Below, one piece after another: positions 28,558 through 38,481 of a stretch of DNA of 64,000 nucleotides. The DNA is taken from NCBI GenBank assembly GCA_017860455.1, contig JAGDMF010000002.1:51814-115813 (forward strand). The letters are read 5' to 3'. Each line of letters begins with the position of its first letter. Within the stretch, counting starts at the first letter, position 1. This DNA is from Bacteroidota bacterium (lineage in GTDB: Bacteria; Bacteroidota; Bacteroidia; Bacteroidales; WCHB1-69). The notes beneath the pieces are model-generated. The model saw nothing but the letters and a program-made list of their open reading frames with translations, ran no database searches and was not told the origin of the DNA. Position numbers and translations under genes: made by a program.

Positions 28558-28716
28558 GTAACAGGTTACAGGTAACAGGTAAGAACTTAAAGGTACCTGT
28601 TACTTGCTACCTGTTACCTGCTACCTGTTACCTGTTACCTGCTACCTGTTACCTGCTACTTGTTACCTGTTACCTGCTACCTGTTACCTGTTACCTGCTA
28701 CCTGTTACCTGCTACC
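28558..28716. repeat. Head-to-head heptamer arrays: (caggtaa)x3 then (ttacctg/ctacctg)x~17
   Basis: Read directly; the long arm abuts the vWA gene stop at 28717. Confidence 0.92.
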
Positions 28717-29880
28717 TTATTCATATCCTTTTATTTTTGCAATCTCTTTAATCGAAGTCGTGATCGCCAATCCAAAATCATCTTCCGTTTTTTCCTCTTT
28801 CATTTTTTGATCGATGTAGGCTTGTCTTTTGATCGCTAAATCCTGAATCTCTTTTTGGATTTGCTCCCTTTCCTTGATCTTATTTTCGATCTCTTTTTGG
28901 AGTTGTTCTGTTGTTAGATTCTGATACTCTTTAGGAAGTGTTTCTTTATCCACTTCTTCTAGAAACTTACTATTTTTCTTAACATTATCAACTACGTCCC
29001 AGGATGAATTATCATACACCTCTTTTTTAGATTTGGAAACAGTTCTTTCTACTACATTAGCGGTTGAAAACTGTGCAGCATTCTGGTCTTGTTGGGTTTG
29101 ATTCGAATAATAAGCAGTTCCCGATGTTCCGTAATAAATATACGTGTTGTTTAATCTTACATTACATTGTGAAATCATGTCATCATAGGGGGTTATAATA
29201 TAACGAATCTCTTTATTGGAATTGATGCTAAAATATTTTCCATTTCCACGAATAGCAGCATCTTGCCAAAAACCGGAAATCCCCTCTTCATGTGTTCCAC
29301 AGTGGATCGTATTTACAAAAACTCCTTTTTCTACTGCATTTCCAACAGCATTTCTATAGTTTACACTTCCTTGTGTAAAAGGCTCATTACCTGCTATATA
29401 GATTAGTTTCATACTTTTTTCTGATTTGTCCCAATCTAAATGATCTAAAGAGTGTTTGATGACGGTTCCACAAAATTCAGATCCTCCATAAGTAGTGATA
29501 CTGAATAATTTTGCAGAAATAAGATCTAAATCTCTAGTGAAAGGAAGGATTTGACGGATATACCCTTCGGAAGAGGGCAATCCGTCATTTCCATACATAT
29601 ATAAAGCGATCTCAATAGTGGGTGTTTTGTTATTGAATTTCAGAGTAGTTAATGTGTTTACAATTCCCCAAAGCCTGGCTTTTGCCTGATTAATTAAACC
29701 ATCCATACTATTGGAAGCATCCAGAAGAATGGCAACCTGAATTTTGGGAGTTTCTTCTGTTAACTGGGATTGAGTGTGTTGATCCGATTTTTGATCTGTT
29801 GTTCGGTTTTCACATTTTGCAAAAACAAAAAGGGTACTGATCAGTACCACGAAAATTGATTTAAGAAGTGTTGTTTTCAT
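28717..29880 (-). CDS. vWA-domain exported protein/lipoprotein
   Basis: MIDAS LLDASNSM, YIAGNE, signal peptide from ATG 29880, coiled-coil C-terminus. Confidence 0.85.
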   Translation of the reverse strand: MKTTLLKSIFVVLISTLFVFAKCENRTTDQKSDQHTQSQLTEETPKIQVAILLDASNSMDGLINQAKARLWGIVNTLTTLKFNNKTPTIEIALYMYGNDGLPSSEGYIRQILPFTRDLDLISAKLFSITTYGGSEFCGTVIKHSLDHLDWDKSEKSMKLIYIAGNEPFTQGSVNYRNAVGNAVEKGVFVNTIHCGTHEEGISGFWQDAAIRGNGKYFSINSNKEIRYIITPYDDMISQCNVRLNNTYIYYGTSGTAYYSNQTQQDQNAAQFSTANVVERTVSKSKKEVYDNSSWDVVDNVKKNSKFLEEVDKETLPKEYQNLTTEQLQKEIENKIKEREQIQKEIQDLAIKRQAYIDQKMKEEKTEDDFGLAITTSIKEIAKIKGYE

Positions 29881-29946
29881 AAAATTGATTTTAAAGTTTT
29901 CTGACTGCAAATCTATATGTAGTATAGAAACGCGACCGTTACAAAT

Positions 29947-29974
29947 GGGTGAAATGGGTATTTGAAAGGGTGAA
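29947..29974. promoter_or_regulatory. Putative LytTR operator (gggtgaa direct repeats 21 bp apart)
   Basis: gggtgaa at 29947 and 29968, upstream of a minus-strand TAgaTTTG element for the vWA gene; adjacent to a divergent HK/LytTR pair. Confidence 0.5.
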
Positions 29975-30029
29975 TACCTCATAATCCTATTGTTTTTTTA
30001 TGTTACTTTGTACTCTCAAAACTGAATAC

Positions 30030-31832
30030 ATGAAAAAAGATTTTTTTAAATATATTCTATTGATATTTTTAATATTATATGTTCCATTTTTGGGATGGTC
30101 ACAGTCAGATACAATCCAAAAGAAAACCAAAAAAATGACCTCTTCAAGTGCAGTAAATAGTGCTTCTGAACAAATTGAAAACACGATGAAAAGAGGAGGA
30201 AGTAATTCGGAAATTGCAGAATCTTATTATCTTTTAGCTTTGGAACTCATAAAATCTGAATCGTGGGTAAAAGCTGAATTTTATTTAAAAAAGGCTATTC
30301 AATTAATTGAAAATGAAAAAGATAATCCTAAACTCGCCATCTATTACCGGGAGTTGGCAAAAGTTCAGGAAAAAATGAATAAGAATGAAGATGCTATTTC
30401 TAATTTTCAGAATGCTGCCAGTAATTCGATTGATAAGAATACAAAAACATATAACTTAAATGATCAACAAAGGGTTCAAAATAGTGCTAATCCTAGTACG
30501 CAACTCGAATATCTGACCCAGAATAATAAGATCCTGATGGAAACAGGAAAAGATTTTGAGATTGCTGAAAATTTTGAACAAATTGGGAATGTGAATCTTA
30601 AACTCAATCAACCACAGGTTGCTTTGGATAACTACGAAGAAGCCCTAAAGTATGTTAAGCAAAAACCTGAAAAAGAGATTCCGATTCTGCAGCAAATGAC
30701 CCAAATTTATACGGAAACTAAGGAGTTTGATAAAGCAATTTTGTTGCAAAAAGAGTTGATAAAAAAAGCAGATAGCATTGGAAATTTCGAAATGCAAGTG
30801 ATTCAATTAAGAGAATTAGGGATCATTTATATTAAATCAGGAGAAAAAGGAAAAGGAATATCTATTATTAAACAGGCCTACCAAAAAGCATTAGATTTTC
30901 ATTTGGTAAGAGAGGCAAAGAATACTCTTCTGCTATTAACGCAATTTGAATCTAATCAGACAACTCTAAAATTAATGTATCAGTTTATGAAACAATTAGA
31001 TACATTAATTGCAAACGATAACACATTAGTTGATAGCCGTTTATTTGAGATATCGGAAGAAAAAATTGCCCAACTTGAAAAAGAGAAAATTTTAAGTCAA
31101 CAATTACTTTCACGTAAGAACAGATACAATTATTTATTAGGTGGATTAGTTGTTATAATTACTCTTGTAACATTAATTATTTTATGGTTTTACAGGAGTG
31201 TCAAAAGAAAAAATTATAAAATTGCTTTACAGTCGCTCCGCCGGGAAATGAACCCCCATTTTATCTTTAACAGCTTAAATAGTGTCAATCAATATATTGC
31301 AAACAATAATGAGATGGAAGCAAATCGGTATTTAACTTCCTACTCTCAACTCATGCGAAAAAGTATGGAAAACTCTAACCTTGATTTTGTTTCGGTTGCA
31401 GATGAACTAGAGATGATTACCCGATATTTAGAGTTGGAAAAACTCCGGTTTCCTGACATTTTTGAATATAAAATTTCTATCTCAGATAATATTGATCAGG
31501 ATACAGAGATGATTCCTAATATGTTGATCCAACCTCATCTGGAAAATGCGATATGGCATGGATTGCGCTATAAAACCGATCCTGGTTTTTTGCTTCTTTC
31601 AATTCAAAAAACTGATCAGAAAATGGTCATTACGGTGGAAGATAATGGAATAGGAATTCAAAAAAGCAGAGCATTAAAAACGGAAAATCAAAAAAAACAT
31701 GAATCCCGTGGATTGAAAAATGTAAAAGAGAGAATATTCTTATTGAACAAGTTGTATCATAAGTCAATACGGTGTGTTGTGGATGATAAACAACCGCCTG
31801 AATCAGGTGTTATTGTAAAAATTGAGTGTTAG
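30030..31832 (+). CDS. TPR-containing LytS-family histidine kinase
   Basis: Periplasmic TPRs, TM helix, EMNPHFIFNSLNS, QPHLENAIWHG, EDNGIG. Confidence 0.92.
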   Translation: MKKDFFKYILLIFLILYVPFLGWSQSDTIQKKTKKMTSSSAVNSASEQIENTMKRGGSNSEIAESYYLLALELIKSESWVKAEFYLKKAIQLIENEKDNPKLAIYYRELAKVQEKMNKNEDAISNFQNAASNSIDKNTKTYNLNDQQRVQNSANPSTQLEYLTQNNKILMETGKDFEIAENFEQIGNVNLKLNQPQVALDNYEEALKYVKQKPEKEIPILQQMTQIYTETKEFDKAILLQKELIKKADSIGNFEMQVIQLRELGIIYIKSGEKGKGISIIKQAYQKALDFHLVREAKNTLLLLTQFESNQTTLKLMYQFMKQLDTLIANDNTLVDSRLFEISEEKIAQLEKEKILSQQLLSRKNRYNYLLGGLVVIITLVTLIILWFYRSVKRKNYKIALQSLRREMNPHFIFNSLNSVNQYIANNNEMEANRYLTSYSQLMRKSMENSNLDFVSVADELEMITRYLELEKLRFPDIFEYKISISDNIDQDTEMIPNMLIQPHLENAIWHGLRYKTDPGFLLLSIQKTDQKMVITVEDNGIGIQKSRALKTENQKKHESRGLKNVKERIFLLNKLYHKSIRCVVDDKQPPESGVIVKIEC

Positions 31833-32582
31833 ATGAAAATAAAAAGTATCCTTATTGAAGATGAGGTTTCTGCCAGAGAAGCACTAAAATCTTATCTAGG
31901 TAAATATGTTCCACAGGTGGAAATTGTGGGTGAAGCTACAAATGCCAAAGAAGCAGTAGAGATGATCCATCTTATGAAACCACAGTTGTTATTTTTAGAT
32001 GTGGAACTCCCTTTCGGAAATGCATTTGATATTCTCGAACAATGCCAGGATCTCCATTTTGAGACCATTTTTGTGACTGCTTACTCTGAATACTCAATGA
32101 GAGCTTTAAATTTAAGTGCAGCCTATTATATTCTGAAACCGGTTAGTATAGAGGAACTCATTGTTGCCGTCAATAAAGTGCAGGAGATTTTGGAAAAAAA
32201 GATTTTTTTTGACCGCAATAAGATGGTGATTGAACATTTCAGAAGCACTGATCCTGAAAATAACAGAGTAATTTTACCTACAATTGAAGGTTTTGAGATT
32301 TTAAATATGAAAGAGATCATCAGATTACAGGGAAATGGCAATTTTACCGATATTTTTATGACAGATGGCTCCAGAAAAATGGCGTGTCGGTTTTTAAAAC
32401 ACTATGAAGAGAATCTCCCCTACCCTTTTGTTCGGGTTCATAAATCTCATATTATCAATTTGAATTTTGTAAAATCTTACAGTAGGACTGATGGAGGATT
32501 TATTGTGATGCAGGATAAAAGTGAAATTTTAATCTCCCCAACTTACAAGGAACAGTTTTTAAACCATTTCAAGACGAAATAA
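31833..32582 (+). CDS. LytTR-family response regulator
   Basis: IEDE, FLDVELP, FVTAY, ILKP, FVRVHKSHIIN. Confidence 0.93.
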   Translation: MKIKSILIEDEVSAREALKSYLGKYVPQVEIVGEATNAKEAVEMIHLMKPQLLFLDVELPFGNAFDILEQCQDLHFETIFVTAYSEYSMRALNLSAAYYILKPVSIEELIVAVNKVQEILEKKIFFDRNKMVIEHFRSTDPENNRVILPTIEGFEILNMKEIIRLQGNGNFTDIFMTDGSRKMACRFLKHYEENLPYPFVRVHKSHIINLNFVKSYSRTDGGFIVMQDKSEILISPTYKEQFLNHFKTK

Positions 32583-32589
32583 CGGAACT

Positions 32590-33198
32590 ATGAAAAATAA
32601 TAAATTAATCCTGATTTCACTCTTTCTGTTTGGACTCATTATATCCGGAATCAACCCACATGATTATTTTACATGGTTTCTGGAAGTATTACCTGCACTT
32701 TTAGGATTTGTTTTTTTAGTTTTAACTTATAAAAAATTTCAATTTACTTACTTCACATATACTTTTATATTGATCCATTCTTTTATTCTATTTTTGGGAG
32801 CCCATTATACGTATGCTGAGGTTCCTCCATTTGATTGGATCAGGGAAATTTTTCATTTTAGTAGAAATAACTACGACAAATTAGGCCATTTTGCTCAGGG
32901 TTTTGTCCCCGCTCTGATCATCAGAGAATTATTTATTCGAAAAGAGATTGTTAAAACCAGATCGTGGTTAAATTTTATTGTTGTTTCTATCTGTTTAGCG
33001 ATTAGTGCTTTATATGAATTGGTAGAATGGATGGTTTCCATTCTCACTAAAGAAGCTGGTGATTCTTTTTTAGGAACTCAAGGGTACATTTGGGATACAC
33101 AATCCGATATGCTTTTTGCAACAATAGGAGCAATCAGTATGTTAATATTTGTTTCTAAATGGCATGATAAAAAAATTATAAATCATAATTACTGTTAA
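32590..33198 (+). CDS. DUF2238 (YjdF-like) membrane protein
   Basis: TW.LE..P, GAHYTYAEVP, RNNYDKLGHF.QG, YE..EW, FLGTQG..WD.Q.DM. Confidence 0.88.
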   Translation: MKNNKLILISLFLFGLIISGINPHDYFTWFLEVLPALLGFVFLVLTYKKFQFTYFTYTFILIHSFILFLGAHYTYAEVPPFDWIREIFHFSRNNYDKLGHFAQGFVPALIIRELFIRKEIVKTRSWLNFIVVSICLAISALYELVEWMVSILTKEAGDSFLGTQGYIWDTQSDMLFATIGAISMLIFVSKWHDKKIINHNYC

Positions 33199-33215
33199 AA
33201 AAATAGATTTTTTTA

Positions 33216-33941
33216 ATGAAAATGAAATCAAGCTACTTTATCTGGATTTTTATGATTAGTTTTTCTAATCCTCTTTTTTGTCAAATGGAATCCATTCAAA
33301 CCGATTCACTTGCCTGGAAATTTGTAAAACAACATTGTTGTAAAAAAGACTACATCATTACTAATCACGATTTAATTTGCCCTGATTCCATTTATATATC
33401 TCCCGTCACTAATTCTTCCAATTATCTCATTCAAGTTTATTTTGAAAGTTTTGACGATATTGGATCGGAGGTTTTTTTAGTAAATTTCAATCAAAATACA
33501 TTTTTTATTTTGGACTCTATTGTATTTTATCAGCACGACTATCTATTTATACCCAGAAATATTGTATATATTGATTCTGTTGACTGGTTTTATGGGTATA
33601 GTGAAGGATGGGGATCGGGATTTTATGCAGAATGTAAACAAATTTTTAAAATTGAAAATGATCAAATCATTACATTGTTGGAATTCCCTGAGTACAGCAG
33701 TCAATTAGACTTCGAATGGCATAATTGGTTTGCAACGGATTTATCGGTTCAAGAAATCTATATTTCAAAAGACAGCATTGAACTCTTATTGATTCAAAGA
33801 GAAGATTTTGTACTTTTCAATAGATGTTTTACCTATAAAAAAACAAAACAAAAACTTCGATTGGTATTTGACCATGTAACCAAAAAATTCAAAGAGATTG
33901 ATCCAATAAATCCCAATATATATATGTGGATGAATTTATAA
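33216..33941 (+). CDS. Hypothetical exported protein
   Basis: 241-aa ORF with a signal-like N-terminus. Confidence 0.55.
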   Translation: MKMKSSYFIWIFMISFSNPLFCQMESIQTDSLAWKFVKQHCCKKDYIITNHDLICPDSIYISPVTNSSNYLIQVYFESFDDIGSEVFLVNFNQNTFFILDSIVFYQHDYLFIPRNIVYIDSVDWFYGYSEGWGSGFYAECKQIFKIENDQIITLLEFPEYSSQLDFEWHNWFATDLSVQEIYISKDSIELLLIQREDFVLFNRCFTYKKTKQKLRLVFDHVTKKFKEIDPINPNIYMWMNL

Positions 33942-34005
33942 TGTTTTATTTTAAAACATTTATTTGTTTTATTTAAAAACATTTTGTATTTTTGCAAAAA
34001 ATAAA

Positions 34006-34794
34006 ATGATGGAAACAATAACACCAAAAAAATTAGGAGAAAGAATCGCTTCCCTTAGAAAAAGTAAAGAGTTTTCTCAGGAAGATCTTGCTAAAATATT
34101 GAACATTTCCAGATCATCTTTAACTCAGATTGAATTAGGAAATCGAAATATTTCGGTCTTGGAATTGCAAAAAATCTCTGAATGTTTTTGCATGTCTATT
34201 GATTTTTTGTTATCACCCGATTTTAAATATGATGAAACAATTGTAAGCAGTTCCAAACATATTGATGAACCCAAGATTAGAATTTCTGTACCTAGATTAA
34301 AAATTGAAAAATTCAAAAATATTCTTTTATATATTTTGGAAAAGTGTGCCGGAAAACCCAATGTTGGAGAAACACTTTTATATAAACTTTTATATTTTGC
34401 TGATTTTAATTACTTTGAAATATACGAAGATCATTTAAGCGGTGCTGAATACAAAAAACTACCTTTTGGACCTGTCCCTCAAAAAATGGATTCAGTTATT
34501 CAACAAATGATATCCGCTAATCAAATTGAGCGTATTAAAACCGAATACCATGGATATCCTCAAACCAGATATCTTCCTTTATTGAAACCAAATCTTGAAC
34601 TTTTAAAAGCAAGTGAAAAAGAAGTAATTGATAAAGTAATCGATCAGTTTTCTGATTGGTCGGCTTCAAAGATAAGTGATTATTCTCATAAAGATATCCC
34701 TTGGTTAGCTTCAAAAGATGGAGAAATCATTGACTATGAACTTGCTTTTTACAGAGAATTTCCTTTCTCAGCTCGAAATTATAATGAATTTTAA
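34006..34794 (+). CDS. XRE-HTH fused to a Panacea (DUF4065/SocA-like) antitoxin domain
   Basis: LGERI..LRK....SQEDLA...ISRS.L.QIE.G.R; L.KLLYFADF, Y.KLPFGPVP, SH.D.PW. Confidence 0.87.
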   Translation: MMETITPKKLGERIASLRKSKEFSQEDLAKILNISRSSLTQIELGNRNISVLELQKISECFCMSIDFLLSPDFKYDETIVSSSKHIDEPKIRISVPRLKIEKFKNILLYILEKCAGKPNVGETLLYKLLYFADFNYFEIYEDHLSGAEYKKLPFGPVPQKMDSVIQQMISANQIERIKTEYHGYPQTRYLPLLKPNLELLKASEKEVIDKVIDQFSDWSASKISDYSHKDIPWLASKDGEIIDYELAFYREFPFSARNYNEF

Positions 34795-35141
34795 TGATGA
34801 TTTTTGAGGAAATTGAAGAATTTAATAAAGATCTCAAGCGGTTAAAGAAAAAATATTTAACCATAAATGATGATATTGAAGTAGTTAAAAAAGTTTTATG
34901 TGTTTATCCAGATGAAAGAGCACCATTTAGTTATAGAATAGATAATTTAGGGATTGAAACATGTATCATAAAAGTTAAAAAAATTGCAAGTAGATCATTT
35001 AAAGGAAAAGGGATTCAATCAGGATTTAGATTAATTTATGCACATTTTGAAATTGAAGAAAAAATTATTTTAATTGAATTATATCATAAATCTGATAAAG
35101 AAAATGAAGATAGAGAAAGAATTTTGAATCATTTTAAATAA
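34794..35141 (+). CDS. RelE/ParE-like toxin
   Basis: F.KDLKRL.KKY, GKG.QSGFRLIY, LIELYHKSDKEN; translationally coupled to the antitoxin. Confidence 0.75.
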   Translation: MMIFEEIEEFNKDLKRLKKKYLTINDDIEVVKKVLCVYPDERAPFSYRIDNLGIETCIIKVKKIASRSFKGKGIQSGFRLIYAHFEIEEKIILIELYHKSDKENEDRERILNHFK

Positions 35142-35225
35142 AATTCATTCAAAATTCATTCTCATTTTTATTGTTTTTTTTATTAATTTTGCACCCCTTT
35201 CTATTTCAAAAAGGGGTGTTTAAAA

Positions 35226-36482
35226 ATGGGATTTCACATGAAAAAAAATAAAAAACTACTTGCTATATATCTTATTATTATTGCTATTTCTTTGTTGTCA
35301 TTTCATCTGATCCAGGCTTCTATTGCCAAAATTAATAGTCATAACAAACTTATAGCTCACACCAATGATACTATTAGAATTCAAATTGGTTTTGTTGGAG
35401 ATATCATGGCGCATCTGGCTCAGCTGGACGCACAAAAAACAGATAGTGGCACGTACGATTTTAACGATAATTATAGGTTGATGCAGCTCTTTTTCCAGTC
35501 TAACGATTTGATGATTGGAAATCTGGAAACCACTTTTACCGGAAAAGAGAGAGGATATAGTGCTTATCCCCTTTTTAATACACCTGATCCATTAGCCGAA
35601 GCACTTAAAAATGCAGGATTTGACCTTTTATCCACCGCCAATAACCACATGTATGATCAGGGAACAGATGGTCTTATGAGAACCATGGAGGTGTTATCCA
35701 AAAATAAATTGTTGTTTACAGGGTCGAGAAAAAACGTACGTGATAAAAATTACATCGTTTACAATGTCAATGGGATCAGAGTTGGAGTGATCGCCTACAC
35801 TTATGAAACAACACCCGACTCTTCCGAATTTATTACCATTAACGGTCTTAAAATTAAAAAAGAGGATCAAGCACTTATCAACTCATTTGACCCGAGTAAA
35901 CCGGCTGAAACCGTTGCCAAATGGAGATCTGATGTGACCCGCATGAAAAAGGATAGTGCTGATTTTTTGATCACAATTATACATTGGGGAAATGAATACC
36001 AGTTGAAACCTTGTAGTTATCAGGTTGCTTTAGCCGATAGTTTGAATAAATTAGGGATTGATATCATTTTTGGGAGCCATCCCCATGTAGTGCAACCGAT
36101 CGATATTATTGTCGATTCCGTAAGAAATCATACTACTTTTGTATCATATTCATCCGGGAATTTCATCAGCAATCAAAGATTTGAAACCCTTCAGAATTAC
36201 AACACCGAAGATGGTCTTTATTTGGAAGTTAAGATCATGAAAATCAAAAACCAAAAGGCTCAGATTCAACACATAAAGACGATCCCCACCTGGGTAAACC
36301 GATATCCCCGAAACGGAAAGTTCGGCTATGAAGTGACTCCTTTGCCTCTGATTTTGAACAATCCCAATGAAAAAAACAATTATACCGAAGAACAGTGGAA
36401 TCGCATGACCGAATCCTTCAACAGAACTAACGAACGGATTAAAATGGTCGATAGTCGATGGTCAATAGTCAATAGCCGATAG
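35226..36482 (+). CDS. CapA-family (PGA_cap) metallophosphatase-fold protein
   Basis: VGDIM, GNLET, TANNH..D.G, IHWG.EY, GSHPHVVQ, YSSGNF. Confidence 0.9.
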   Translation: MGFHMKKNKKLLAIYLIIIAISLLSFHLIQASIAKINSHNKLIAHTNDTIRIQIGFVGDIMAHLAQLDAQKTDSGTYDFNDNYRLMQLFFQSNDLMIGNLETTFTGKERGYSAYPLFNTPDPLAEALKNAGFDLLSTANNHMYDQGTDGLMRTMEVLSKNKLLFTGSRKNVRDKNYIVYNVNGIRVGVIAYTYETTPDSSEFITINGLKIKKEDQALINSFDPSKPAETVAKWRSDVTRMKKDSADFLITIIHWGNEYQLKPCSYQVALADSLNKLGIDIIFGSHPHVVQPIDIIVDSVRNHTTFVSYSSGNFISNQRFETLQNYNTEDGLYLEVKIMKIKNQKAQIQHIKTIPTWVNRYPRNGKFGYEVTPLPLILNNPNEKNNYTEEQWNRMTESFNRTNERIKMVDSRWSIVNSR

Positions 36483-36550
36483 TCAATGGTCGATAGTTCC
36501 GAATGCTCAGAATGCTCGATTGCTCAGATTGCTCGATTGCTCGATTGCTC
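36444..36550. repeat. Composite repeat: (atggtcg/atagtca) heptamers then (gattgctc/gaatgctc) octamers
   Basis: The heptamer array starts inside the capA-family CDS and supplies its last codons and stop. Confidence 0.85.
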
Positions 36551-36642
36551 CCTTTTATCTCTTTTTTGGATGATATAAAAAAGAAAAAAAAAGGATTGTG
36601 AATGAAATTAAATCTATAAAATAATTTTAAAAATTAAGAAAA

Positions 36643-37248
36643 ATGAAAATTAAAATTTTAACTACTCTCCTCCTATTTACCGCAACACTGGGATTCTCGC
36701 AAAACTATATGGAAGAAATTGCCATAAAAGCATGTGATTGTTTAAATAAAGTTTCTGACACTTTAGAAACCGATAGATTTAATATGGAACTCGGTTTATG
36801 CATGATTGAAGCAGCAAGTCCTTATAAAAAACAATTGTTAAAAGATTATAAAATTGACTTAAATAAAATTGATGAACAGGGAGAAGAATTAGGAAAATTA
36901 ATTGGATTTAAAATGGGATCTGTATGTCCGGAAGGATTGTTGAAAATAGTCAATAAAGTTAATAAAATTGATAATAACAAACCTATAGAAAATGTTATTG
37001 AGGGACAGATAACTTCAATTCTTGGTGAGAAATTTATTGAATTTTCAATCAAGGACTTCTTAGGTAAAGTCTCAAAATATTATTGGCTTACATTTATTGA
37101 GTCTAATATTGACTTAATAAATGATTATAAAACATTGATTGACAAAAATGTACGGATCACTTTTTCAACTCAGGATTTTTTTGATGCCAGAATTGGAGAG
37201 TATAGAACCATTAATATTATTCAAAAACTTGAAATTATTGAAAATTAA
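36643..37248 (+). CDS. Hypothetical exported protein with a CxC motif
   Basis: Signal peptide, ACDC, 201 aa. Confidence 0.6.
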   Translation: MKIKILTTLLLFTATLGFSQNYMEEIAIKACDCLNKVSDTLETDRFNMELGLCMIEAASPYKKQLLKDYKIDLNKIDEQGEELGKLIGFKMGSVCPEGLLKIVNKVNKIDNNKPIENVIEGQITSILGEKFIEFSIKDFLGKVSKYYWLTFIESNIDLINDYKTLIDKNVRITFSTQDFFDARIGEYRTINIIQKLEIIEN

Positions 37249-37437
37249 ATAGTGTTTATTTTTTAATCACTACATTTCAGTTAGTAACTCCTGTTTGAAG
37301 AATCACAGATGGGTTGTTTAATGAGTAATGATAAAAAACTAACAATCCATAAATTCAATATGCTACATCAATTTTTTCAATATAGAAGGTAACTAATATT
37401 TGTTTATCTTTGTTGCATAATTTAAATCTAAATTATT

Positions 37438-37965
37438 ATGAAAACAAAAAATAGTGTTCTTATGTTGATCATTGCCTCGCTTATTTTGAGTTCTTGTGCT
37501 CAAAATACAACTGTGACAACCGTACCTAATGTTGATTTAGATAAATATTTAGGGAAATGGTACGAAATTGCAACCATTCCTCAAAGTTTTCAGAAGGGGT
37601 GCAACTGTACTACTGCTGAATATTCATTGAGTGATAAAGGGTATGTAATTGTTAAAAATAGCTGCAATAAGGGATCGGTAACCGGGGAAAGGACAACTGC
37701 CGAAGGGAAAGCTTTTGTGGTAAAAAACACTGGAAATGCGAAATTAAAAGTTCAGTTTTTCTGGCCTTTTAAAGGTGATTACTGGATTATTGATCTGGCG
37801 AATGATTATAGTTATGCAGTGGTGGGTGATCCTTCCAAAAAATATCTATGGATTTTAAGTAGAACACCTCAAATGTCCGAAACAACCTATCAGGAGATCC
37901 TTACACGTATAGCTGCAATGGGTTATGACCTCTCAACTCTTGTAAAAACCAAACAGTGTGAGTAA
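37438..37965 (+). CDS. blc: Bacterial lipocalin lipoprotein (Blc/ApoD-like)
   Basis: Lipobox LSSC, YLGKWYEIA, LKVQFFWPF.GDYW, YLWILSR. Confidence 0.9.
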   Translation: MKTKNSVLMLIIASLILSSCAQNTTVTTVPNVDLDKYLGKWYEIATIPQSFQKGCNCTTAEYSLSDKGYVIVKNSCNKGSVTGERTTAEGKAFVVKNTGNAKLKVQFFWPFKGDYWIIDLANDYSYAVVGDPSKKYLWILSRTPQMSETTYQEILTRIAAMGYDLSTLVKTKQCE

Positions 37966-37968
37966 TCC

Positions 37969-38400
37969 ATGAGAATTTGGTCACTTCATCCAAAATATTT
38001 AGATACTAAAGGTCTTACTGCTGTTTGGAGAGAAACACTTCTTGCAAAGCATGTTTTAGAAGGGAAAACAAAAGGATATATTCACCATCCTCAGTTGAAT
38101 CGTTTTAGGTCTTGTGAAGAACCTCTTATGGCAATAAATTATTATCTTTCTGAAGTTTATAAAGAAGCTGTTGCACGTGGATATCATTATGACTCTTCAA
38201 AATTTGAAATTTCTAAAAATCCTCCTCAAATTAAAGTTACTTCAGGACAATTAGCGTTTGAAAGAACCCATCTTCTAAATAAATTGGAAAAAAGAGATCC
38301 GGTAAAATGGGATCTTTTGAACTCTATTTTATCATTTGAACCTCACCCTTTATTTTATGTTATTGAAGGTGATATTGAACCTTTTGAAGTGATTTCTTGA
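37969..38400 (+). CDS. Pyrimidine-dimer DNA glycosylase / endonuclease V family protein
   Basis: MRIWSLHPKYLD.KGL.A.WRE.LLA, GY.HHPQL.RF, EA..RGY. Confidence 0.85.
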   Translation: MRIWSLHPKYLDTKGLTAVWRETLLAKHVLEGKTKGYIHHPQLNRFRSCEEPLMAINYYLSEVYKEAVARGYHYDSSKFEISKNPPQIKVTSGQLAFERTHLLNKLEKRDPVKWDLLNSILSFEPHPLFYVIEGDIEPFEVIS

Positions 38401-38481
38401 GGAACCCGATTTTTTACTAAATTTGCCCTTGATTTCTTTGTATTTCAAAAAGTAAATTTATTATTAAAAAATGATCCCGAT

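Noticed and set aside
28604-28810. LLPATCY-repeat ORF (similar ORFs at 51672-51902, 55850-56059, 57405-57662, 63185-63573)
   Set aside because: By-products of stop-free heptamer/octamer arrays.
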